This document shows positions 25,405-39,149 of a stretch of DNA of 64,000 bases, in pieces (the first letter of the stretch is position 1; each line of letters opens with the position of its first letter). Source of the stretch: Octopus sinensis (Eukaryota); the NCBI RefSeq assembly GCF_006345805.1, contig NC_043006.1, positions 3,286,001 to 3,350,000 on the forward strand, in the 5' to 3' direction. The translations under genes and the position numbers were made by a program. The notes below the pieces were generated by a model that made no database searches, had not been told where the DNA came from, and saw only the letters and a list, made by a program, of their open reading frames with translations.

Positions 25405-27313
25405 TTATTCATTAAATTTGCTATGTAGGCAGCACATAGATAAGGTAGCTTTGCGGGTTGGACACAGACATTGATGAGGCGAATGATTATGATACAAAAA
25501 TAATAAAGATGGGAGAAGACAGAAAATGCCTGCCGACCCTCTGCTTCTCTAAAACATGGTTCTTTAAAAACGCATATACAGAGGTATTAACCCTTTTACA
25601 ATTTAAAATACAATATATTTGGACTAAAAAGTTCTTACAATTATAAAACACAATTTACACACAACTTGGAGACAATAAACCTCTACAATCTCTTCCCGAA
25701 CAATTTTCTTGCGACTTGCAGGCATTCCTGCAACCGCAATACGGGGCTCCAAAAAAGAATTCTGTAATTCTCGTTTTTACACGAATCAATTATCAGATCA
25801 CAGTACTTTCTTTCCAGCCCCAGAGCAGCCACCTGCGAAGGTCACTCTGGGCTGTCAGTACAAGTCGGGTCTCTCAGGACCCGACTATCCATGTTATTCT
25901 CCACGAAACTGCCAATAGCCCCTCCCCTGAGATAGAAGAACATATATTCTTCACCACTTTCACTGGGAGGGGCCTCAACTCCCTCGCTCGGTGGCACACA
26001 TCCCACTGACGAAGTTATCTTCTTCCCCCACTCTGTTGGCACACATGCTACCAAAGGGGTTTCGGGACATGCCGTCGCCGTCAATGCCCCGTTTTTCTTC
26101 TTTCTCTTTTTTTCCTTTTGCGATGGGAGGGTGGAGTTCCTCTGACATCTCCCTCCACCCTGCCATCTCAGGATCCATCGGTGGGCAACCATTGTTGTCC
26201 ACTTTCTTTTCTTTCTCTTTGTTTTCGAGGAGGTTACCTTCTCCTCGACTTTTTCCTCCACTGGGGAGCAGGGGGAACCTTTTCAATTAACTGTTCTAGG
26301 ATACTTGACTGGTCCCGGCGACAGTTCTTTTTATATGGCCCGATTCCAGGCACGGTGACACTTGGAGGGGACTTCCCTCAACCATCACCTGGTATCTGGA
26401 ACCGGCTATTGTTAAAAAATCTGGTAAAACCAGATCATCGGCTGATTGGGTCCATAGGGTCAAAATTGCTTTTGACCCGACCCAATCGCAGGCAACATTT
26501 TTACATTGAAGAGCTTGGCAGGGCCGCCACCCAGGCCTCGACCGATAGTGTCTTCTATCCACTCGGCCTCTATACCGGGTGGCAACCCACACACCTAGGC
26601 TCTTGTCAACTTTCCACCGCTATAAGTTGGCAGATAGTCTGCCAATTCCTCCTCAATTTTTTCCTGAGAGAAGACCTTGATGGTGTCGAGGACCCTGGAA
26701 TAGGTTCTTAACACCATCGTTCTCACCGTATAATTTTCAACTATTCTTTGGGGGCCACAATTTGCCACCCCAAAGCGTATTTACCATGTTGATAGCCAAA
26801 ACAAAAGTAAAAATCCACAAACAAAAATCAAAATGTTCAAATGAAAGTCTATAAAAACTCAAAAAAGATCAGAAAGACAGACAGGAGAAGAAAGAGCGAG
26901 GGAAGATAGTCCAAAATGGCAACACAACACAATTCTGCTACTCTGGTAATCCCAAACTGGTAGTCCTTCGCATCACGAATAGTATTCCGTCCAACTCTGG
27001 CTGTACTCCTATCCTTTATGGTAAAAACCCACTTGAAAGAGCACAAACACAGACATAGAAAAGTGCAAATATTTTTCGGAGGAACACGCTTCCTAAAATA
27101 AACACAATTCCCACTACGAAGTGAGACTTTTTGCACGACCACTGGCAAACAAATGCTTCGAAACCAGTGGCGACCCCTGTTCGAAAGAAATACTTAAATA
27201 CAAACAGCAGACCCCATTAGGCTCCAAAAAAACAAATGCTTCAAAAGTTCAATTTTTCACGTACGACGTGACTTCGGCCGCGAGGAAAAACAATGCGACA
27301 ACTTGGCAGCAGT
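25405..27313 (-). mobile_element. ORF1-only (HAL1-like) Tx1/L1-group non-LTR element
   Basis: Broken gag-like ORF1 (LPDFLTIAGSRYQVMVEG...CLESGHIK zinc knuckle, K/E-rich tail); 3' tail ending AATGAATAAAAG resembles the Tx1 tail at 53323; ~13-bp TSD; no EN/RT motifs seen. Confidence 0.65.
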
Positions 27314-27542
27314 AAGCAAGCTATTTACCACACAGCCACTATATATATACAAATTTCTTATCGCATTGATGTTGGCCGTACTGTAGTTGATGGGCATATT
27401 GAACACCTGTAAGACAGGAAATAAAAGTTGATTGGGAGTAAATACTTTTGACTTAGATGGAGTTTTCTATTGCTTTTCCTTATTAAAATATTGCGAATTG
27501 AAATCGGTTCAATCTCTTTGAATAACCCTGTATATACATATA

Positions 27543-27591
<49 letters not shown>

Positions 27592-27638
27592 CTATTTACC
27601 TATCTATATGTGTGTGCATGTGTGTGTGTTTATAAAGC

Positions 27639-27713
<75 letters not shown>

Positions 27714-28724
27714 CCTACACGTATTTGCGTATGTGTGCATGCATCTATTCACGTGGTGTGCCTGTGTGTGTCCGCCTGTGCGTATTTTCCAGTAATTGTT
27801 TGCGACTTAGGTATAATAGAAGAAAAGATATACAGTGCAGCTTAATTATCCCGGAAGAAACTTTCCTTTCGTTCCACAAGAGGGTTTTCCATACAACAAC
27901 ACTCCCAGTTAAAACAACCTCGATAAAATTCGCTTTATTCACTGGATTTTAATATCCAGTGGAATAATAAATATTGTCTTCATTGTTCAACGCATTATTG
28001 CATATACCTACTGAGGCGCATGAGCACACATACAGGTATATATGTCTGTATCTATCTATCATATGTTCACGTGTGTGTGAATGTGTGTAAGTGTGTATGT
28101 GAGTGAGTGAGTGTGATTACTTTATAACTCGTTGTGTTAGACTTATTTCGAAACTCCAAAGACATCCAAATATCTCAATATGCCCATTCTTTAAAAAAAT
28201 ATTTATTCGTTATTAAAATTTATATTTTGACTTTTGCTCCTCTCTGAGATGATAATACTTTTTTTTTCTTCTCGAAGATTTACATTAAATTTAAAGGGAA
28301 AGAATGAAAATAAGTTCATTGTATAAAAATATGTTGGGGTAAATGTTTGAAAGTATGTAATTGTACCAGTATGCTTCTGTAGGTTTACAGTCGTATTGAT
28401 ATATTCGAGAATGTTATGAAACATAATCACAGACATATCGAACATGCTGGCTATTTTATTTATAAATCTTTACACACACACACGCGCACGAACGCGCATA
28501 CACGTACACACATACACATATACACACATCACTTACACATTGATAAATTTCGCAAACACATTTGACTTAACTCCGCATGACTTAAAGTTTCTTAGGTGCA
28601 TAGAACGCATACGTCTTATTTGTTGCTTCTAGCATCTGCTGCGATGGAGCTGTTATTAAAAGGTATGTTTATAATGATTTATTGTTGTGATGTTGCTGTT
28701 GGCGGTGATGATAATGAAGGTGCT

Positions 28725-28787
<63 letters not shown>

Positions 28788-30311
28788 TCTGGTACCGGAT
28801 TGGTCCTTTACATAGAGATCACGAAAGGGTGAAAGGCAAAGTTGCTGATGCTGACAATTGTGCTCAGAGTGCAGAAATCCGAAACAAATCCCGCAAATCA
28901 TTCTCGCAATTTATGCAAACTATTGTCAATCGACCGAGACAGATGTAGGTATGTATGCATGTATGTATGATTTTTTTTTACATCGGTACCGAACGGGAAA
29001 CTTTTGTGAGTCGCAAAAGTTGATTATTCTATCTTAATATTTGACTAATAAACTATTTTAGCAACTACTAAACAGATGAAAAGCCTTGCAAACCATGGTG
29101 GGGTTTGAAATCAGGATATGAAGATGTAAAACAAATATCACTTTAAGGATTCTGCTAAACCAATAACAATAATGAATGTTAACCAGCGGTATAGCTAATA
29201 GCAGAGTATGTGGAGCGACTGCTGTCCTTGAGTATATGTTTCAAAATTGGCACCTTTTCAACAACGTGGGATCCTTTTTCCTTTTTTTTATCGCGTGGCC
29301 TTGGAAGAACTTTCTGAAGTCATTAATTTATTTGACCAAATTCTCATATTTTTCAAATGTCCGCTCATTCTCCTGCGATATGTTAGTGTGACTGACATCT
29401 GAACAACCAAAACAAACGCTGACGTCATAACCTCTCGACCCTAAACTATCATGTGGAGTTTCTTTTTCAAGCCACACCTATCTCAATAGTTTTAAGTTTC
29501 ATACATAAAAACATTCTTACGAAACATGAAATTAATTTACGTAGAATATAATTAAGTATATTATAACTAATGAAATATTTCGCGTAATATAAGAGAAATG
29601 ACTTTAAAAACGGTTTGATATGTGCCACGGCGGCTCATTTATGAGTTCGCTCCCCCCTAACTTGGGAATCTGGTTCCGTCTCTGATCTTAACGCAAAACC
29701 AAGGGAGTAGGATCGATCTACTCAATAACAAATTATATTCACTTCATTATTTACTACATTGTAAAGACAGACCATAAAGTAGCGAGTCATTGCATGCGTT
29801 TATACAGACATGAATAATTAAATATATTGAATCTTTCGTTTCTCAACGAAATCAGTTCCCTATGACATTTATTCGTTTATTTATTTATGTTTTTTTTTTT
29901 TCATAATTTCAAATGAGTACCAAACCGGTTGGTTTCGTTGTTATTGAGCAACTCCACAGGATTCGTTTACCCCCCTCCCCTACTAAGATTCTTGGTTACA
30001 GTATTGGAAATCTTATTAAAATAGCGTCATCAACGTTGTGTCGAAATGTGCATTATGGTACGGAATTACACAAATGCCTTGGTTCTCGGTATATACTTGA
30101 TGGTTTTGATAAGGAGTAATTTCCACTGTCGACCTCTGAAAGATGTTCAATTCATTTAGTAAGAACTTCAGAAATTGCAAAACGGTGTCGTGTGACGAAG
30201 AAAGGATTGTGGGAGAAGATAGTAGTGAGGAGGAGGGAGAAGAAGAGGAGGGGGAGGAGGTAACTGACCTCGATTTTCACAAAAAAGACCTTAACCCCTC
30301 AACTGCAATTT

Positions 30312-30348
<37 letters not shown>

Positions 30349-30399
30349 GTGTGTGTGCGCGCGTGTACACACTCACACACATACAGACGTATATAATAT

Positions 30400-30748
30400 A
30401 TTCTTTTATTTGTTTCAGTCATTTGACTGTGCCATGCTGTAGCACCGCCTTTAATCGAACAAATCGACACCAGAGCTTATTCTTTGTAAGCCTAGTACTT
30501 ATTCTATCGGTTGCTTTTTGCCGAACATTGGTTGTCAAGCGATAGTGGGCTGACAAACACTCAAAACACACACACGCAAATATATATATACGATGGGCTT
30601 CATTCAGTTTCCGTCTACCAAATCCACTCACAAGGCTTTGGTCGGCCCGAGGTTAAAGTAGAAGACACTTGCCCAAGGTGCCACGCAGTGGGACTGACAC
30701 CGGAACCATGTGGTTGGTAAGCAAGCTACTTATTACATAGCCACTCCT
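30400..30748 (-). mobile_element. tRNA-derived SINE, family A
   Basis: Head and tail match 19318-19731. Confidence 0.9.
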
Positions 30749-30819
30749 ATATACATACACACAAACACACACACACACAAACATACACACACACACACAT
30801 ATTATATTATAATGCTCAT

Positions 30820-31675
30820 ATACATAATTATAACAAGAAAATAGAGTCTAAAAGGCGCTAGTACCACCTCAAAAACACCGAAAACTAAAGTACGGGCCGT
30901 AAACTTGTGCTTAAACGTGTACAAGATCCCATTTCAAGCTTAAGGTAAAAAAAAATTATACCTACTGCTATCTTCAGCAACGTTACTCCATAGAATAAAT
31001 TCACGAGTATCTACACATACGTATACGAGCAGCGACTTCGTACAGCAATATATATATATATATACCCACGCGTGAAAATATAGAGTAAAGAAGAATTCCC
31101 ATCCCTCTTTTCAGCCACGTGTAGATATCAAAACTCTGCAGTGAGTGCAGCTTTGATCAAAGAGTAAATGTTTTCAAATATTAATTATAATACGTATGCA
31201 TCTGCGCATGCGTATACGAGCAGCGACTTTGTACAGCAATATAGGGAGATGGAAATTAATTTTTGATAAATTTATTCCTCAATCAAAACTGCATTCATTG
31301 TAGGGTTGTTTTGATATACTACCGTGGCTGAAAAGAGGGATGGAAATTCTTCTTTACTGTATATTTTCACGAGTGTGTGTATATATATATTGCTGTACGA
31401 AGTCGCTGCTCGTATACGTATGTGTAGATACTCGTGAATTTATTCTATGGAGTAACGTTGCTGAAGATAGCAGTAGGTATAATTTTTTTTTACCTTAAGC
31501 TTGAAATGGGATCTTGTACACGTTTAAGCACAAGTTTAATTCATTATCTTTGTTTTGCTCGACTACAGCCCGTGTTTTATTTTTCGGAGTTTTTGAGGTG
31601 GTATCAGCGCCTTTTGACGTCTATTTTCTAGCGCGTGGAGAGGCTTATAGCCAATCCCTTGTTATAATTACGTAT
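30820..31675. mobile_element. Long imperfect palindrome (probable Penelope-derived non-coding element)
   Basis: Arms about 30820-31187 / 31254-31675; core 30901-31050 pairs nearly perfectly with 31380-31537; loop holds a third copy of TATACGAGCAGCGACTT.GTACAGCAATATA. Confidence 0.75.
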
Positions 31676-31794
31676 ATAATTATTATATATATATAGAGAT
31701 AATATTTGTAAAATTCATCTATGACGTTTTTATTTCCGCGCTGACCCTTTGATAAAATCATTAATATATTTTCATTATATACATATATATATAT

Positions 31795-31892
<98 letters not shown>

Positions 31893-31960
31893 TATATATA
31901 TATGTATTATATATATATATGTATATATATATATAGCTAGGTAGATAGATAGATATATTG

Positions 31961-31996
<36 letters not shown>

Positions 31997-33119
31997 CATA
32001 TGTGCGTGCGTATGTGTGTGTGCATGCGCGCGTGTGTATGTATGTGCATTAACAAACGCAACACAAACTCTGCTGCTTGCATCTATCCTAGTCATTGACA
32101 TCAATCGTAGCCACGTCAATGTATCTAACAAACACTTTCAATAGCAACAGAAACAATGGCCTTAACAACATCAGTCATGTATTTTCTGTCTTAAGTACAA
32201 TTACCACCTCCATAGTTATAAGAATTTTGCATTGAACCTTAGCAACACCACGAAATTTGATTCTCAGAGTTGGTGCCAGCCGCATCAGTCTCACAGGTAT
32301 TGGAGTGTTTGTAGTGTTTCTTCATTAACCTGCAATTAAACGAAATAAATAACTGACAGAGGTTTAACTCGGAATATATGAAATGTCCTTCTACAAACTC
32401 CAACGAAAAAAAATGTATCCGTTGGGCCGTGTGGGAGCCTATATGTGTCGCTTGACTTGCAAGAAATAACATCCAAATTTCCCTACAATTTCACCCTATC
32501 TTTTTAAACAAGAAAAGAAACACATTAGAAATTTTACACAGAGTTACCCTACAAAAAGACGAGATGGTCACGAGTGAAATGTCTTTGAAATGTTTGTGTA
32601 ATCAGGTTTGAAATGAAACTAAACAACGTCGATATTGATAGTCGTTTATGAATGTAGACATTAACAGACTTGGTAACAGATGGACTCTGAATTACAACAA
32701 CGCAGCCTCGTTTGGTTTTAGTGTTTTTAATTTTTACCTAATTAAATACAAATGTATTTTATTCTCTGCAACTCAACCATGTTATTTCTCAAAATCTGCA
32801 ATGATGCGGAAAGAGGAAAGTAGATTTAAAACGTAGTTTCCGATAATGTCAGTGTACTGAAGTTTAGTGCAAACAATTAATACTTATGCTCATTATAAAC
32901 CAGTTAATATGGCCTAATTTTACACACTGTTTTTCGTTGTTATTCTTCAAGTTTATACAGTCGTTATTACAGACGCTGTTATTTGTAATTCTAACGAGCC
33001 TAAACTAAAAATTAAGAATAAAGAAACACATCGCCAAATCAGCATACATATTCAGATATCAGATTTGTATAGTTTAGCAAAGCATATATATATATGTACT
33101 TAACAACCCACTGATTTAT

Positions 33120-33400
33120 CTTTTATCCTTTATCCTTTATCCTTTACTTGTTTCAGTCATTTGTGCGCGGCCATGCTGGGGCGCCGCCTTGATGGGATTT
33201 TTAGTCGAACAAATCGACGTCAGAGCCAAGTACTTATTCTATCCAAGTACTTATTCTATCGTCTCTTTTCTGAATCGCTAAATTATAAGAACGTAAACAC
33301 ACCAACACCGGCTGTCAAGTGGTGGTGATGGGACAAACACAGACACAAAGACACACACACACACACACACACATACACACACATATATATATATACACAA
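33120..33400 (-). mobile_element. SINE family A, 3' half
   Basis: Family-A tail motifs with an internal duplication of CCAAGTACTTATTCTAT. Confidence 0.75.
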
Positions 33401-33649
33401 ATGTATATGTGTGTGTGTGTGTCAAATAAAATGAGTCAACAAAGCCAAGGATGTGTGTAATTTTCAGGACATTTATAAAGAGAAAGTTAGTCTTACAGAG
33501 ACGATGTGAGATGGTTAAATAGCGGGAAATATTAGAGATCAATATGAGAAGTTATTTCGGAAAAGTAAACCAATAAGGAGTATATAGGGAAATAGGAGAA
33601 TGAATGTAGAAATTAAAGAAATATATAAAGATGTTATAGTTGCCGTTCC

Positions 33650-34350
33650 ATTATTCTACAATTCGATATAAATAACCACTACTCTTCTATTCCACCAGAC
33701 GTCGTAATCAGGCGCTCCTTCTAGTTAGGAATCCAACTAACCTCACCCCACCAGAAATCAACACAATCCTTAATGCCCGTAAAACCCTTATTTCTTTGGA
33801 TGACCAACTTTGGTGCCGGACCAACCGCTATAACTATAATAATAACCATAACAAATTATTTGACATTACTATGGGATCATCCGACTCTGTCCAAGTCATC
33901 GACCTCGCCGGACTATACATAATCCACCAGTTCCAAATACATTTCCCTAACATCAAGGGAGGCCTCTACAGCGATGTCACCTTGCTAGTCATCAAGAGCG
34001 TAAATAAATCCTCATTGGAACGAACTAGGAAAGATGTACACAAATTTTTCTCTAGCCTCTATCTATTACTTTTGAAAATTTCCACAAAACTACTAATTGT
34101 TTTAGACGTAGCATTAAACTTAGAACCCGCCCCCAACACTCCCCATATCACAAACCTAACCAATACCTTAAGTACTTAAAGATAAATTTCAATCACCACA
34201 AATCCCCCTTTGATAATATAGTTAAGGGTATCTCGATTCGTTTATCTGACCTCTCATCCAATGAGGAAATATTCGATAACCACGCCCCATTTTACAACCA
34301 AGCGCTCGCTGTCTGCGGCTTCTCCCTCAAAATAAAATAATCCCTAATAC
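33650..34350 (+). mobile_element. Penelope-like reverse transcriptase remnant
   Basis: FDITMGSSDSVQVIDLAGLYI...GGLYSDVTL (GLYRDDGL-like), LDVALNL, then IVKGISIRLSDLSSNEEIFDNHAPFYNQAL; stops and frameshifts. Confidence 0.78.
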
Positions 34351-35114
34351 TAAGCTCAAGCAACATATATCTCAAATCATATCACAACGACATGCCAACC
34401 TTCAGAATCACAACAAACCACACGTACACTATACTAGAACCGCGGGAGAACCCAGATGAAGACAACTTAAACATATAACGCTAGGTCAAGAGCTAAATCA
34501 GCTGACAATCACCGGCCATATTACCTACCTCTAATTTCTAAAAATATAGATAACATTATCCTTAAGCCTATAAAAAAGTGGTGGCTGCTCTATTCTATGC
34601 TATACACTCAGCTTCTCACTAAACATTAAGAACTTATGAGCGGATTTGGGAAATTGAAATAAGCCTGTCTATTTTATTATATGGATTATTACAAAATAGC
34701 GAAGCATTACCAGTAATTCTTTTATACTTATACAACCTTACATAGACATACACATGTTTCAACTACATCGATTAGGAACCGTTGCAACTGTAACCCGGTG
34801 CAGTTTCTTCAGGGTCTTTAACATCCCTCACTTTAATTGCTTAAAGTTTTTCGTTTATCAACTCTGCGTTGTATGATGTAGAGTTGTTCGTTAATTTAGA
34901 CGAGAACTAACTTCAGTTCAAGTTTTGATTGGATAATCCCTTATACTCCATTATTTGAAAACATTCTGTTGTTTAAATGCTTATTACTCATTTATACTGA
35001 GCAAATGTGAATTTTCTCATGTGCAAGCATCTCAAAGCTTGTTCCTGTCAAGAATTTATTACGTTACCCTTAGATGTAAAGATTTGGTAAAATTCCCCTA
35101 AACATAAGTCACAT

Positions 35115-35730
<616 letters not shown>

Positions 35731-35749
35731 TATATATATATATAATAGG

Positions 35750-35875
35750 ATAGGGTTATTTCAATTTCCGTGTCCCAAATCCACTCACAAGGCTTTGGTC
35801 AGCTCTTGTCTGTAGTAGAAGACACTCCCCCAAGTTGCCTCGCAGTATGACTGAACCTAAGACCACATGGTTGAG
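35750..35875 (-). mobile_element. SINE family A, head fragment
   Basis: AAATCCACTCACAAGGCTTTGGTC...GACTGAACC motif. Confidence 0.7.
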
Positions 35876-36929
35876 GAGGATGTGCATGCATATATATACA
35901 TTTATTTTTAATGTAGCTACAACCTTTCAATTCTTCCAACTTTTTGAAAACATCAAAATATTTACGATGTTAAATATTATTCTTCTGTTCCCACTAAAAC
36001 GTTACGTTATCTTCAATCACTACGTTCAACCCGCAGAACTCAGCCGCAAAGTCTTTCGCTTTTTACCAAACTCTATGTATTTATATGTACTACGCACTTT
36101 CTAGAATCACACCCCAATAAAAAATAAAAATAAAAATACACACACCCGTCCTACATGAATGCCATTAGAACATTGCTATGAAAATACGTAATTAAGCTGT
36201 TTAATTACGCTTATCTCGCTTTCATTATATTTCTCTTCTCCACCCTTCGAGTCTCCGACATTCCTTTTCTATTGCAAGCATTTATTCCAGATTTCTTTTT
36301 TGCCTGTTTCTTTTTATATTTTTCTAAATTCGAACGAACCATTATCATTCCCTTTTCCCTTTAATATTGTCAATAATTTTCTTTATTCGTTAGTTTATTG
36401 TATTATTTTCTTCCAATAGTTTATTTCTTCACTATTGTCTAGGATTTACTTTCCGTTCTTATCTTATTTATGCCAATATGCTGGCTTGACTGCATATACG
36501 GACCGTGTATGCATTCCATTCTGTATTATTTTGTAATTTTTACATGAGCCAGTATGGCTGTAAGAATTCTGGTAAACTGTAATTATTTATTAACGTTATG
36601 CCAGTATTTTATTTGATGCACTGACTGATATATCTGACGTTATTTAGCGGCATATATCTACTTAGGTTTAGCTTTACATCTCTTCTTGAGCTCCCAGTTT
36701 ACTCAGATTTTTTTCCATTTCTCAACCGCCTCATTTAGCTTTGCACCATTTGATTTTTTCATTTTTCATTTCATTTTTTAAACCCACCCTAAACTTATAA
36801 CCGATAAGTCCCTAAACATTTTATCATAACTCTTTCTTTTTGATTCAGTCATCTTTCAACCTTTCCCGATATCGTAAATTCAGTCTTAGAATTACAGGCT
36901 TTTTTCAGTCAAATTAGTTTTCCTTCTTC

Positions 36930-37045
36930 AAGGCGCGTAGCTTAGTGGTTAGAGTACTCGGCTTACGGTCGTAAAGTCATGAGTTCGAAATTCGGCGGCG
37001 TAAGACCCTTTATTTCACATTGATCCTGTCCATTCAGCTGGCAAA
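36930..37045 (+). mobile_element. SINE family B, head
   Basis: AGGCGCGTAGCTTAGTGGTTAGAG...GAGTTCGAAA, tRNA-like A/B boxes. Confidence 0.75.
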
Positions 37046-37373
37046 TAAATGCTTGTGTTACCAGCCTGTGTGTGTTTTTGAATGCTTACTAGGCTGTAAT
37101 TGTTTTAGTTTCCCTTTATCTGCTGCATAAACTTTGTCCTAGTAATTATAAATTACAGGTTCACAAACAAGTAGGGGTGAAATTTCGAAGTCATTATTAG
37201 TTTTTAAACCAACAAAAATACGCTCACTCTACATTTGTATTGAGTTCTTTATCAGCATGATTTTTGTGTATTTTTATTACATTAATACATACAAATTATT
37301 TGCATATAGATGCGTTTATATATGTGTATGTGCGTCTGTGTGGGACAAATGATTTACACACATACACAGACAC

Positions 37374-37413
<40 letters not shown>

Positions 37414-37516
37414 GCATATATACATATATATATCATATACGTATATGTATGTGTGTGTGCAAATATATGCATGTATATACATGCATACACATATATGTAT
37501 TTGTATAATGTATCAC

Positions 37517-37579
<63 letters not shown>

Positions 37580-38074
37580 GCACGTATATCTTATACGCAT
37601 ACACACACACAATGAAAAATAGAAGGAGACAATATTGATGTAGCATTCTTAGATTGTATGAAATTATGTATATTTGTTATTGTTTCTCGCTATTTATGTC
37701 CTGGGACCCACAACTATTTAATATTTAATGAGATTTTCTCTCCTTTGAGGATGAATAAATAATTCAAATCAAACAATAATGTAACTAATCAATCAACCAA
37801 TTAATGTATGATTAAATCAATTAATCAATTAATACGTTTATTCAGTTTATCAGTGGATGGACAAGGTGTCGCAATTGTGTACTGCTAAACTTCTAATGAA
37901 TTTCCTATTAGTAACGATCTTTTATTCTAAAGCAAGTTCTTCCACTTTTGTTTCACTGCTCTAATGCGAAAAGTTTCTTCTTGTTTGCCGCTGTTTATGA
38001 TCAATTAGGAAACAAATGCATATCAACCGTGACCATCTCGACTGTCATTTTATTTTGTATCTGGCACTGCAAAG

Positions 38075-38370
38075 TCGCGTGGTGTAGTGGTGAGAGTATA
38101 GCACTGATGATCGTATGGTCATGGTTTCGATTCCCAGATTAGCTGTGGGTTCTGTTTTTTGAGCAAAACAATTCGTATCACGTTGCTCCATTCCACTCAG
38201 CTGTAAAGAGTTGCTATGCGACGAACTGGCGTTCTGTTCAAGGATGAATGTTGGCCTGCGCGCTTAAACAGCGGTGTGGCATTATTCGAAAGCTTAAGCT
38301 GAGCGAGGAAACCCATTGTGATCAGCTGTGTATAGCACCATCCGATAGTCTTGTTGATACAGTGATACTG
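38075..38370 (+). mobile_element. SINE family B-like, degenerate
   Basis: CGCGTGGTGTAGTGGTGAGAG...TTCGATTCC...TTGAGCAAAACA...CCACTCAGCTG. Confidence 0.65.
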
Positions 38371-38457
38371 TGCTGGTTTTCTCCTAGGATAATAGAACTA
38401 AATTTCAGGGCTGTTGTGGTTACTGCCTCTAAAATAGGGAGAAATTGGGAGAATAAT

Positions 38458-38500
<43 letters not shown>

Positions 38501-38793
38501 ATGAGATAGTCAGACAGACGGAGAGAAATTACGTTGGAGAGGGAATACGAGTAAAATAGGATGTACGAGAGAGGCAGGGGTAATTTATGATGAGATTAAG
38601 TAAGAGTGGTGTTGCGTGGTGGAGAATGTGAGGAGAAATCGAATGGAGAGGAACGAAAGGCAGGATTTTTTTTATTGCGGCAGTAGAAAAAAATAGAAAA
38701 CAACGAGAGTCAGGAAAGAGAGGCTTATTTAGTGTACGATGTAAGGTTATTAGTATTGCTGTGCCTCAGCGAAATGACAACAACAACAACAGC

Positions 38794-38836
<43 letters not shown>

Positions 38837-38851
38837 TAATAATAATAATAA

Positions 38852-38882
<31 letters not shown>

Positions 38883-39000
38883 AATAGGAATAATAATAAT
38901 AACAACAACAACAAGAGAGTTCAGAGAGCTCAAACCTCTTCCAAGGCAGCACCAACGTCCTCTCAAGAATTAGTTGGAGATGATTTTTAAAAGGAGAATA

Positions 39001-39143
39001 TTGGGGACGTTTAACAGAGAGAACACCGGGGACATTTAACAGAGAGAACACTGGGGACGTTTAACAGAAAGAACACCGGGGGACGTTTAACAGAGAGAAC
39101 ACCGGGGGACGTTTAACAGAGAGAACACCGGGGGGCGTTTAAC
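39001..39143 (+). repeat. ~26-28-bp minisatellite (GGGGACGTTTAACAGAGAGAACACC) x5-6
   Basis: Directly visible, upstream of the Dong-like ORF. Confidence 0.9.
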
Positions 39144-39149
39144 ATGTGA

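Noticed and set aside
36930-37000. tRNA-like sequences (also SINE heads elsewhere)
   Set aside because: They continue into SINE bodies and lack a full cloverleaf; not tRNA genes.
39001-39143. Regularly spaced ~27-bp repeats resembling a CRISPR array
   Set aside because: Head-to-tail minisatellite without unique spacers, eukaryotic context, no cas genes.
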